A stretch of 16,863 nucleotides of DNA from Pseudomonadota bacterium (GTDB lineage: Bacteria > Bdellovibrionota > FAC87 > UBA2466): assembly GCA_043767805.1 (NCBI GenBank), contig JAYUGC010000030.1, positions 1 through 16,863 on the forward strand, written 5' to 3'. Shown in pieces: positions 1 to 7,353 of the stretch (the stretch's first letter is position 1; each line of letters opens with the position of its first letter). The notes below the pieces were generated by a model, which was not told the origin of the DNA, made no database searches, and saw nothing but the letters and a program-made list of their open reading frames with translations. A program made the translations under genes and the position numbers.

Positions 1-138
1 CACGTTTCCTTCGACTGGCTCGCGCGCTTCATTCAGGCCGAGCTAAGCCCGCACTTCGTGTTTCGCTCGGATTACGGTTTGCGAGAGTACACGGCGTATG
101 TGACCCGTGCCCCCAATCACGGATCCTGGCGAGTGTAG
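1..138 (+). CDS. Partial CDS (3' end only), probable class I SAM-dependent methyltransferase
   Basis: Frame +1 is open from the window edge to TAG 136-138 and reads HVSFDWLARFIQAELSPHFVFRSDYGLREYTAYVTRAPNHGSWRV*. The segment FRSDYGLREYTAYV resembles the C-terminal (R/H)DYGLxE(F/Y)TxYV strands I recall from methyltransferases near sugar-modification loci. Only 45 codons are visible. Confidence 0.6.
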   Translation, partial: HVSFDWLARFIQAELSPHFVFRSDYGLREYTAYVTRAPNHGSWRV

Positions 139-754
139 CCTCTTTAGGCTCGGTCATCAGGAAATGAATCGCGCTCCAGGAGGAGTCGCTTTCGACGAAA
201 TGAATCGGTAAGCCTTGGCTCGCAAACCAAGCTTCGTCGTACAGCGCTCTTCCGCCGGGCAAATTATGTAGCTCGGTTCCCCCGGCCGCCTTGGCGAGCG
301 CCACCAGCCGCTCGGCGCCGTGGCCCCGGCAATCGAACTCGGACTCGAGCAGGAACCGAGTGCCGAGCCCCAAATGAGCGGCGGTATCGACGAGAGTTTT
401 TTGAACTAGCCTAAAGAGATGAGTCTCTGGCTCCCAGATAGGCGTTAGACTTTGAAAGCCTTGCCCCCGAAAGGCCGCCTTCGCGTAGGCGAGCTGGAAG
501 GTGCGACGCAAGGGTTTCCTCCAGGGCGTCGGCGCCACTCGGATGTCTCTTAGCTTCGCGCTTCGCTCGGTCCTCTCGACGGGAATGCCGAAACGAAGCG
601 GCTCGCCTTCAGGGTCGGGAATCTGATTGCGGTGGATCCAGCCGCGCCGGATGAACTGGGTATCGTCCATGAGGACGCAAACGTCCACCCGAGACAAAAG
701 GGCGAAATACCCCAAGTAAGGAAAGAGATAGGGCTGAGTCACCGCGACTCTCAT
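29..754 (-). CDS. WbqC family protein (putative aminoacyl/glycyl transferase for 4-amino-sugar nucleotides)
   Basis: N-terminal QPYLFPYLGYF, DDTQF-RRGWIHRNQI, AYAKA and NLPGGRALYD motifs are typical of WbqC. The start overlaps the upstream stop as ATGA (751-754). Confidence 0.9.
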   Translation of the reverse strand: MRVAVTQPYLFPYLGYFALLSRVDVCVLMDDTQFIRRGWIHRNQIPDPEGEPLRFGIPVERTERSAKLRDIRVAPTPWRKPLRRTFQLAYAKAAFRGQGFQSLTPIWEPETHLFRLVQKTLVDTAAHLGLGTRFLLESEFDCRGHGAERLVALAKAAGGTELHNLPGGRALYDEAWFASQGLPIHFVESDSSWSAIHFLMTEPKEATLARIRDWGHGSHTPCTLANRNPSETRSAGLARPE

Positions 755-1917
755 GTGAGGATGACCCGCGGAGAGAGGCTCTCCCTCGGCACTCGCCGCG
801 CGCGCGGGCGGAGCGAATGGAGAAGGGCGTCCGCCACGAAGTCGGCGTTACTCAAGCTCATGGCCGAGTGCAGCGGAAGGCACAAGACGGTATCCGCTAC
901 AGCTTCGGTGACGGGCAAGGGCCCGTGCGCGCTGTGCCGGTAAGCGGCGAGCTGATGCAGCGCCGGCGCGAAGTACCGCCGGGGATAAATGTGTTTGCGC
1001 ACCAAATCGTCGAACGCCTTTTCGCGGAGTTTCCGCGAACGGAAACGAACGGGATAAAATTGCCCGTTCGGGCCGACACCCGGTTGAGGTCTTGGCAGGG
1101 TGAGTTTGGCCTCGTCCCCGAAACTCTCGTTATAGCGATCCATGACGGCGAGGCGGCGATCGATGGAAGTCTCAAGCGACTTGAGTCCATGGAGCGCGAA
1201 GAGCGCATGCACTTCGCTCAGCTTCGCGTTGGTACCGATCTCGAAGACTTCCGTCTCGTTGATGAGTCCGAAATTGGCGAGTCTTCGGATCGCCTGGCCC
1301 AAGGCTGGATCCGCGGTAGCCACCGCGCCCCCTTCGCCGGCGGCGACGATTTTGGTGGCGTGAAAACTAAAGACGGAAGCGTCCCCAAATCCGGCGGGCT
1401 CCCCGAAGCGGCTTCGCACTCCCATCGCGTGGGCAGCGTCGTAAACGACGGCAATCCCTCGCTCGCGCAAAGACTCGAAGTAAGCAAAATCGGCGAGATT
1501 GCCGTACGTGTGCACCGGCACTACGAGCGCCGTGTCCTCGTCGATGAGCGCTTCGACCGCCGCGGGAGCCAAGCAGTAAGTGCGCGGGTCGATGTCGGCG
1601 AAGACGGGTTCCAGGCCCGCCCGCACGCAAGCATGGGCCGTGGAGAAAAAAGTAAACGAGGGAACGATGGCTTTCCCGCGCAGGCCCAGCGCGGTGAAGG
1701 CAAGCTCGAGCCCCAAGGTGGCGTTCGCGACGGTTTGCGCCCGCACTCCCCACATCCGTTTCAAGCGCCGTTCGAGCTCGCAAACCCGCGGCCCGTGATT
1801 GGACAGGCGGTGGCTGTCGACGAGCCGGCGGAGATCGGCAAGCAGGGCCTCGGGATCTTCAATGAGCGGGCACGCGGTGAAAAGAGGAGCGCCGGTTTGG
1901 GAGGAACGCCGCTTCAT
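751..1917 (-). CDS. DegT/DnrJ/EryC1/StrS family PLP-dependent sugar aminotransferase (VioA-like)
   Basis: Motifs SNHGP, NATLGL, PSFTF, VPVHTYGN, YDAAHA, SFHATK (PLP lysine), GEGG, GTNAKLSE, PRRYF and LCLPL. Start placed at ATG 1917, which forms an ATGA overlap with the upstream stop, rather than at 1947. Confidence 0.93.
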   Translation of the reverse strand: MKRRSSQTGAPLFTACPLIEDPEALLADLRRLVDSHRLSNHGPRVCELERRLKRMWGVRAQTVANATLGLELAFTALGLRGKAIVPSFTFFSTAHACVRAGLEPVFADIDPRTYCLAPAAVEALIDEDTALVVPVHTYGNLADFAYFESLRERGIAVVYDAAHAMGVRSRFGEPAGFGDASVFSFHATKIVAAGEGGAVATADPALGQAIRRLANFGLINETEVFEIGTNAKLSEVHALFALHGLKSLETSIDRRLAVMDRYNESFGDEAKLTLPRPQPGVGPNGQFYPVRFRSRKLREKAFDDLVRKHIYPRRYFAPALHQLAAYRHSAHGPLPVTEAVADTVLCLPLHSAMSLSNADFVADALLHSLRPRARRVPRESLSPRVILT

Positions 1918-2447
1918 GGCTGAGAGAGACTCGCCGAACGGACCCACGCCCCTTGCTTCTCGAGGTACGAGTAGCGGGGCAGGTCGTTCACCTTGTGAAT
2001 TTCGAAAGAAACAATGCGCTCGGTGGAGCTCGAGTCGGAGCGCTCGATGACGAAATCGAGATCCACTCGATCTCCGTTGTCGTCGATGAAATCAGCGCAG
2101 ACCGCGGCGGTTCCGTCGGCGAGGGGGAGGAGCCGCTCGGTCCGGATTGCTTTTAGCCTCAGGTTTCTGGGCTTGGGATAGAGGGGATCGCGGACTTCCC
2201 ATTTTCCCGCTTGGGAGTCCGAGTCGACGAACGCTTTGAGCTCCTGGCCGACCCGATCGCGGTTCCAGGGAAAGAGCGCGAGCTCGAGGCTTTGATCGAG
2301 AAATGCCTGGTCCTCGTCGCCATCCAAGAGAGGTTGCCGATCTTCAGAGAGCGAGCTGTCGTCGATAGCTTCGGTGACGACGGGCGCGGGAGCGTGAGAA
2401 CAGGCCACGATTAAAAAGAGTGCGGCGAAGAAGCTTCTGAAGACCAT
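1914..2447 (-). CDS. Hypothetical lipoprotein
   Basis: Signal peptide with a lipobox-like LIVA-C (Cys16), an acidic linker, then a globular region (VCADF...DLDFV...IHKVN...RY). The stop overlaps the aminotransferase start as ATGA. Confidence 0.75.
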   Translation of the reverse strand: MVFRSFFAALFLIVACSHAPAPVVTEAIDDSSLSEDRQPLLDGDEDQAFLDQSLELALFPWNRDRVGQELKAFVDSDSQAGKWEVRDPLYPKPRNLRLKAIRTERLLPLADGTAAVCADFIDDNGDRVDLDFVIERSDSSSTERIVSFEIHKVNDLPRYSYLEKQGAWVRSASLSQP

Positions 2448-2455
2448 GAGTGAGT

Positions 2456-2470
2456 TTGAGTTAAACTCAA
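2456..2470. promoter_or_regulatory. Perfect 7-1-7 inverted repeat, candidate operator between divergent genes
   Basis: TTGAGTT-A-AACTCAA in the 59-bp divergent intergenic region. Confidence 0.4.
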
Positions 2471-2506
2471 GGGGCAGGGGTTGTAAACCACGGGAGGTCT
2501 CTGTCC

Positions 2507-3778
2507 TTGAGCGATTCGGAGTCCAAGGCGCCAGTTTACGACGCGAAGCGGCCCCGGTTTATTTTCTCTTCCGCTTTGTGGATGTCGCTTTCGGCGGCAC
2601 TGACCCTTTTCGGCTATGAATGCCTGAGAAGCTCGTCGACTACGATCTTCAAAGCGGACTACGGCGTTCGCAACCTGCCTTGGGTGATGACGCTCGTTCC
2701 AGTGGCGGTTGCCCTATTCGTCGTCGGCTACGGCTTTCTCTTGAGCCGGCTCGGCCCGCGCCGGACGCTATCGGCCACCATGGCGCTTTCGGCCATCGGG
2801 TTCGTGCTGGGCTGGTGGGGCATTCGCGCGGGCTTTCGGCCGGCGTCCGCTTTTCTCTACGTGTTGAAAGAAGCGTACGTCGTCATTTTGATCGAGCAGT
2901 ACTGGTCTTTTTTGAATAGCACCATGGGGGAAGGGGACGCGAAGCGCTGGAATGGGCCCATCATCGGCCTTTCCTCTTTGGGAGCGATGCTCGGGGGAGA
3001 AGCCGTGCATCGTCTCGCCGTCTCCTGGGGCACGCCTCAGATGGCGTTGCTCGCGGCGGCGTCTCTGATCCCAGCGGCGTTTCTCTCGAGTCAGGCGTAC
3101 CGGCAATCGGGAGAGCCGGCGCGAGAGGCGGGAGAGTCCCACGGTCCCTTGAACCTCGCGCTGTTTCGGCACAATGGTTTACTCCGGACGCTCTTCTTTA
3201 TCGTCGTCATGGCTCAAGTGGTGTCGACGGCGGCGGGGCTTGCCTTCGAGGGCACGCTTCAAGACGCCTTTCCCGATAGAGATGCCCAGACGGCTTACTC
3301 CGGGCGCTTCTACGCGCTCCTAAATCTCGTGGCGGCGACTCTACAATTCGTCGTCGCGCCGTTCCTCCTCAGTTATTGCTCTCCCGCGTGGATTCACTTG
3401 GCTTTGCCCTTTCTGAACGGGGTCGCGGCAGTTTGGCTTTTTCTGAGACCCGGCCTCACGAGCGCGGCGGCGGCCTATTTCCTGTTCAAGATTCTCGACT
3501 ATTCCCTCTTTCGGGCGGCCAAAGAGCTTTTATACATTCCGCTTTCGTTCGATGCCAGGTACCGCGCCAAGGAGGTCATCGATGCTTTCGGGTATCGCTT
3601 CGGCAAGGGGGCGTCGTCGCTGCTCTTCGGCCTGGCCCAGGGGGCAGCTTCCCTCTCGGCCGCTTCTTTCGGCGTGGTCTCCGCCGCGGCGGCGGCCTGC
3701 TGGTTCGCCGGGGCGGCGCGCCTTTTCGCCGTCCGAAAAGGGCGTGGCCTCAGCCGGGATGACGCGGCGGGCGGTTAA
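2507..3778 (+). CDS. Npt1/Npt2 (TLC, ATP/ADP translocase-like) family nucleotide transporter homolog, MFS fold
   Basis: About 11-12 hydrophobic segments. Motifs YECLR, EQYWSF...AKR and YSLFRAAKELLYIPL...RYRAKEVIDAFGYRFGKG match the NTT family pattern. TTG start with GGAGGT at 2493-2498. Confidence 0.8.
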   Translation: MSDSESKAPVYDAKRPRFIFSSALWMSLSAALTLFGYECLRSSSTTIFKADYGVRNLPWVMTLVPVAVALFVVGYGFLLSRLGPRRTLSATMALSAIGFVLGWWGIRAGFRPASAFLYVLKEAYVVILIEQYWSFLNSTMGEGDAKRWNGPIIGLSSLGAMLGGEAVHRLAVSWGTPQMALLAAASLIPAAFLSSQAYRQSGEPAREAGESHGPLNLALFRHNGLLRTLFFIVVMAQVVSTAAGLAFEGTLQDAFPDRDAQTAYSGRFYALLNLVAATLQFVVAPFLLSYCSPAWIHLALPFLNGVAAVWLFLRPGLTSAAAAYFLFKILDYSLFRAAKELLYIPLSFDARYRAKEVIDAFGYRFGKGASSLLFGLAQGAASLSAASFGVVSAAAAACWFAGAARLFAVRKGRGLSRDDAAGG

Positions 3779-3803
3779 AAAGCGTCACGGATCGCGTTTT
3801 TCT
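3777..3803 (+). terminator. Weak possible intrinsic terminator after the transporter
   Basis: AAAAAGCG-TCACGGAT-CGCGTTTTTCTT: an imperfect short stem followed by a T run, directly at the TAA stop. Confidence 0.3.
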
Positions 3804-3846
3804 TACGTCCTTCCCCTAAGCTAGCTCCGTCGACTCGCAACTCGCT

Positions 3847-3875
3847 TTGCCTCGACGGGAAAAATTGAATAGAAT
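3847..3875 (+). promoter_or_regulatory. Sigma70-type promoter of the moxR-bat operon
   Basis: TTGCCT (3847-3852), 17-nt spacer, TAGAAT (3870-3875), followed by GGAGGA at 3887-3892. Confidence 0.65.
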
Positions 3876-3895
3876 CGCAGGCGTCGGGAGGACAT

Positions 3896-4885
3896 GTGAA
3901 TCGATCCGTATCGGAAATTTCGGAATCCGTGAACCAAAGCCTGCCTCGTTTCCTGGAGGCGGCCGAAGAAATCCATAAGACCATCATCGGGCAAAGGGAG
4001 CTCGTGCAAAAGCTCCTCATCGGGCTTCTCGCCGATGGCCACATTCTGGTGGAAGGCGTTCCAGGTCTCGCTAAAACGATGACTATCCGGACCGTGGCGG
4101 ACGTGCTCTCGGCTAAGTTCCACCGCATCCAGTTCACGCCCGACTTACTGCCGGCGGATCTCATCGGCACCCAAGTCTACTCGCCGAAAGACAGTAATTT
4201 TCAAATCAAGCACGGCCCGATCTTCGCGAACCTCATCCTCGCGGACGAGATCAACCGCGCGCCCGCTAAAGTGCAGAGCGCTCTTCTCGAAGCGATGCAG
4301 GAGCGGCAGGTCACCATCGGCGAAGAGAGCTTTCCGTTGCCTCGGCCGTTTCTGGTGATGGCGACGCAGAACCCGCTGGATCAGGAAGGCACGTACCCGC
4401 TTCCCGAAGCCCAGCTCGATCGGTTTATGCTGAAGGTGCGGGTGACTTATCCGTCGCGGGACGAAGAGATTCAGATTTTGAAGGCCCAAGGCGGGGCGCC
4501 GGTCGAAAAGGCCAAGCCGAAGCTCGACACCCAGACGCTCCTCGCCGCGCGTGAGGTCGTAAACGGTATCTTCGTCGACGAAAAGATTTACGATTACGTG
4601 GCAAATCTGGTTCTGGCGACGCGCGCTCCGGAAGCCGCGCATTTGAGTGAGTTGAAGCCCCTCATCTCTTGCGGCGCTTCGCCGCGCGCCTCCCTTTGCC
4701 TCATCCGTGCCGCGAAGGCCCAGGCGTTTCTCGCGGGCCGCGGCTTCGTCACGCCTCAGGACATTAAGAGCCTCGGGCTCGACGTGCTCCGCCACAGAGT
4801 CATCGTGTCTTACGAGGCAGAGGCGCAAGGCATGGCATCCGACGATATCGTGCGGCGGGTCTTCGATCGGGTGGACGTTCCATGA
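3896..4885 (+). CDS. moxR: MoxR family AAA+ ATPase
   Basis: Walker A EGVPGLAKT, RIQFTPDLLPAD, Walker B ILADEINRAPAKVQSALLEAMQE, ATQNP...GTYPLPEAQLDRF, GASPRA and VLRHR. Confidence 0.97.
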   Translation: MNRSVSEISESVNQSLPRFLEAAEEIHKTIIGQRELVQKLLIGLLADGHILVEGVPGLAKTMTIRTVADVLSAKFHRIQFTPDLLPADLIGTQVYSPKDSNFQIKHGPIFANLILADEINRAPAKVQSALLEAMQERQVTIGEESFPLPRPFLVMATQNPLDQEGTYPLPEAQLDRFMLKVRVTYPSRDEEIQILKAQGGAPVEKAKPKLDTQTLLAAREVVNGIFVDEKIYDYVANLVLATRAPEAAHLSELKPLISCGASPRASLCLIRAAKAQAFLAGRGFVTPQDIKSLGLDVLRHRVIVSYEAEAQGMASDDIVRRVFDRVDVP

Positions 4886-4922
4886 GGCGAGTCTCAGAAA
4901 CTCCACGGACGGTGCCCCTTAG

Positions 4923-5843
4923 ATGAACCGCGAAGTGTCTGGAACTGCCTCAATGCACCCGCTGGCCTCTCTCCCCGAAGCGTTGCTGAAAAAGATCGAA
5001 CGGGTGCAGATCCGCGCCCGTGGTCTTGTCGACGACGTCTACGCGGGCCATTACGAAAGCGCCTTTAAGGGCCGCGGTATGGATTTCGAGGAAGTGCGCG
5101 AGTACACGCCGGGCGACGACATCCGCCACATCGACTGGAACGTCACCGCGCGCATGAACCGTCCCTTCGTCAAAATCCACCGGGACGAGCGCGAGCTCAC
5201 CGTCTTTTTGGTGGTGGACGTTTCGGGATCCACGCAATTTGGCAGCCAAGGCGCCTTCAAGGCGGACATCGCCGCCGAAATCGCGGCGGTCCTCGCCTAC
5301 TGCGCTTTGCAGAGCAGGGACAAAGTCGGCCTCATTCTTTTCTCGGACAAGGTGGAGCTTTGCCTCCCGCCGAAGAAGAGCCGGGGCCATCACTGGCAGG
5401 TCATCCGGGACATTCTGACTTTCAAGTCGGAAGGCCGGGGCACGAATCTCCGCGCCCCTCTCGATAGGCTCATCAAAGTCCAAAAGAAAAAGGCCGTGGT
5501 GTTTTTCATCTCGGACTTTCTGGGCGTCGAGCTCCCGCCGGAGCTCGCCATGGTGGCGCGCCGTCATGACGTCGTTGCCGTCGAAATCCGCGATCCGCGC
5601 GAGATGACTCTGCCGAACGTCGGCTTCATCGAGCTGGAGGACGCCGAAACGGGAAAGCGGGTTGTTGTCGATACGCGCCGGGAATCCACCCGCCGGCTCT
5701 GGCGCGATCGTCAGGACAAGCTTCGCGCGGCGCGGGCGGCGAGCTTTCGCCAGCGCGGCATCGACCGGGTTGAGATCGATACGGACGCCGATCCCGGCGA
5801 CAGACTGCTTAGATATTTTCGGATGCGAGAGCTGAAGGGATGA
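4923..5843 (+). CDS. DUF58 domain (vWA-like) protein
   Basis: [33 protein letters not shown], DVSGS and FISDF motifs, in the canonical position after moxR. The start could instead be ATG 4953. Confidence 0.93.
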   Translation: [306 protein letters not shown]

Positions 5844-6379
5844 ACGGTCAGCAAGACATTCGAGACTTAAAGCCCTGGATGGCGCTCGCCGAAGTTCCCG
5901 TCTGGGCCATCATCGTCGCACTTCTGTTGGGGCTCGCCGCCGCCTTCTGGCTTTGGCGCAGGAAAAGAAAGAAAGCGCTCCCCGAAACCGTGGTCCTTGC
6001 CGCCGATCCGGGGCCGACGCCTTGGGAGAGGCTCGTGGCGCAACGCTCGACTCCGCTCGCCGACAAGGAGTCCATTCGGCTCTTTCATTTCGGGTTATCG
6101 GAAGCCTTTCGTGCCGTACTAGAGGAGCATTTTAAGTTTCCGGCAAGCGATCGCACCACCGAAGAATTAAAGCGCGGCCTGCGTGGCGTGGTTCCCGAGC
6201 TGGGCAAAGTCGTTTCCCTGCTCGAAGCGGCCGATCTCGTTAAGTTCACCGACTACCGGCCCACGGAAGAAGCGAGCCGGGCGCTCTTGGAAGACGCGGT
6301 CCGTGTCGCCGAATCTTGGAAGCCGCAAGACGAGCCGGAGCCCGCGGGCTCCGCGCGGCGGGAAGAGAGGCTCGCGTGA
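5840..6379 (+). CDS. Single-pass membrane protein of MoxR/Bat operons (DUF4381-like)
   Basis: DIRDLK, a TM helix, a basic stop-transfer stretch (WRRKRKK), then RTTEE and ADLVKF motifs. ATGA and GTGA overlaps with both neighbours. Confidence 0.8.
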   Translation: MNGQQDIRDLKPWMALAEVPVWAIIVALLLGLAAAFWLWRRKRKKALPETVVLAADPGPTPWERLVAQRSTPLADKESIRLFHFGLSEAFRAVLEEHFKFPASDRTTEELKRGLRGVVPELGKVVSLLEAADLVKFTDYRPTEEASRALLEDAVRVAESWKPQDEPEPAGSARREERLA

Positions 6380-7353
6380 AGTGGCACGATCCCGAGTGGC
6401 TCTGGCTTTTGCCGCTCGCGTGGTTACTGCTCATTCCGCGCGGCGAGTCTCCTCGACTGGTTTTTTCTTATGTGCGGGAAGCCACCGATCTTGGACCGAA
6501 GCTGCTTCCGAAGTGGTGGCTCAGGTTTCTCAGGGCACTGGCCGTGAGCTGCTTTATTTTTGCGCTCGCGCGCCCGCAGGCGGGTCGAACGGTCTCGGAA
6601 GTCAGTCACTCCGGCGTGGACATCTTTCTCGCCATCGATACCTCGGGCAGTATGCGCGCTCTCGATCTGAAATTGGAAGGCAGGCCCGCGCAGCGTCTCG
6701 ACGTGGTCAAGAAAGTGGCGGCCGAGTTCGTAGCGAAACGGCCGGGCGATCGCCTGGGGCTCATCGTCTTTGGAGAGAACGCGTTCGTGCAGTGCCCGCT
6801 GACTCTCGATCACGAGCTGCTTCAAGATCTGCTGAGGGACGTGAAGCAAGGGATGGCGGGGGACGCCACCGCGGTGGGCGATGCCATCGGCATCGGCGTT
6901 CGTCACATGAAAGACCTTCCCGCGAAATCCCGCATTCTGGTCCTTCTGACCGACGGCGCGAGCAACGCCGGTAGCCTCGATCCCGAGCGCGCCGCGGAAG
7001 TCGCCAAAACGTACGGCGTGAAAGTGTACACGGTTGGCGTCGGTACTGAAGGCGAAGCGCCTTTTCTGGTGGATGGGCCCTTCGGCCAGCAGGTCGTTTA
7101 TCAAAAAAGCGATCTGGATGAGCCCACGCTTAAAGCCGTGGCGCAGAAGACCGACGCGCGGTTCTTCAGGGCGCAAGATACGAACGAGCTGCAAAAAGTG
7201 TACACCCAGATCGATTCCCTCGAGAAGACCGAGCGCAAGCAGAAAGAGTTCGAGCGCTACGACGAAAAATTCCTGCTCTTCGCGTTCCTCGGTCTGGCCT
7301 TCCTCTTGAGCGAAATGGGACTCGCTCATACCTGGTTTCGGGGGGTGCCATGA
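6376..7353 (+). CDS. batA: BatA-like vWA domain membrane protein
   Basis: N-terminal W-DPEWLWLL, ALARPQ, MIDAS DTSGSM, DRLGLIVF, PLTLD, TAVGDA, LLTDG and a C-terminal TM helix. Start placed at GTG 6376 (GTGA overlap) rather than 6316. Confidence 0.9.
   Translation: MKWHDPEWLWLLPLAWLLLIPRGESPRLVFSYVREATDLGPKLLPKWWLRFLRALAVSCFIFALARPQAGRTVSEVSHSGVDIFLAIDTSGSMRALDLKLEGRPAQRLDVVKKVAAEFVAKRPGDRLGLIVFGENAFVQCPLTLDHELLQDLLRDVKQGMAGDATAVGDAIGIGVRHMKDLPAKSRILVLLTDGASNAGSLDPERAAEVAKTYGVKVYTVGVGTEGEAPFLVDGPFGQQVVYQKSDLDEPTLKAVAQKTDARFFRAQDTNELQKVYTQIDSLEKTERKQKEFERYDEKFLLFAFLGLAFLLSEMGLAHTWFRGVP

Noticed and set aside
1..12. Minus-strand AAGGA plus GTG at 3..1, suggesting the operon continues leftwards
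   Set aside because: The plus strand carries a more convincing protein C-terminus over the same bases. It cannot be fully excluded without flanking sequence.
29..90. GCAAACC and a CCGAGC/GCTCGG stem on the minus strand, reminiscent of a c-di-GMP-I riboswitch
   Set aside because: The GAAA-tetraloop P2 and ACGCAAAGC elements are absent, and the region is coding.
817..1923. 368-aa plus-strand ORF
   Set aside because: Antisense shadow of the aminotransferase with no recognisable motifs. Such ORFs are expected in GC-rich DNA.
3894..3899. ATG-TGA start-stop overlapping the moxR GTG
   Set aside because: The ATG is only 1 nt from the SD, too close for initiation, so it is likely coincidental.
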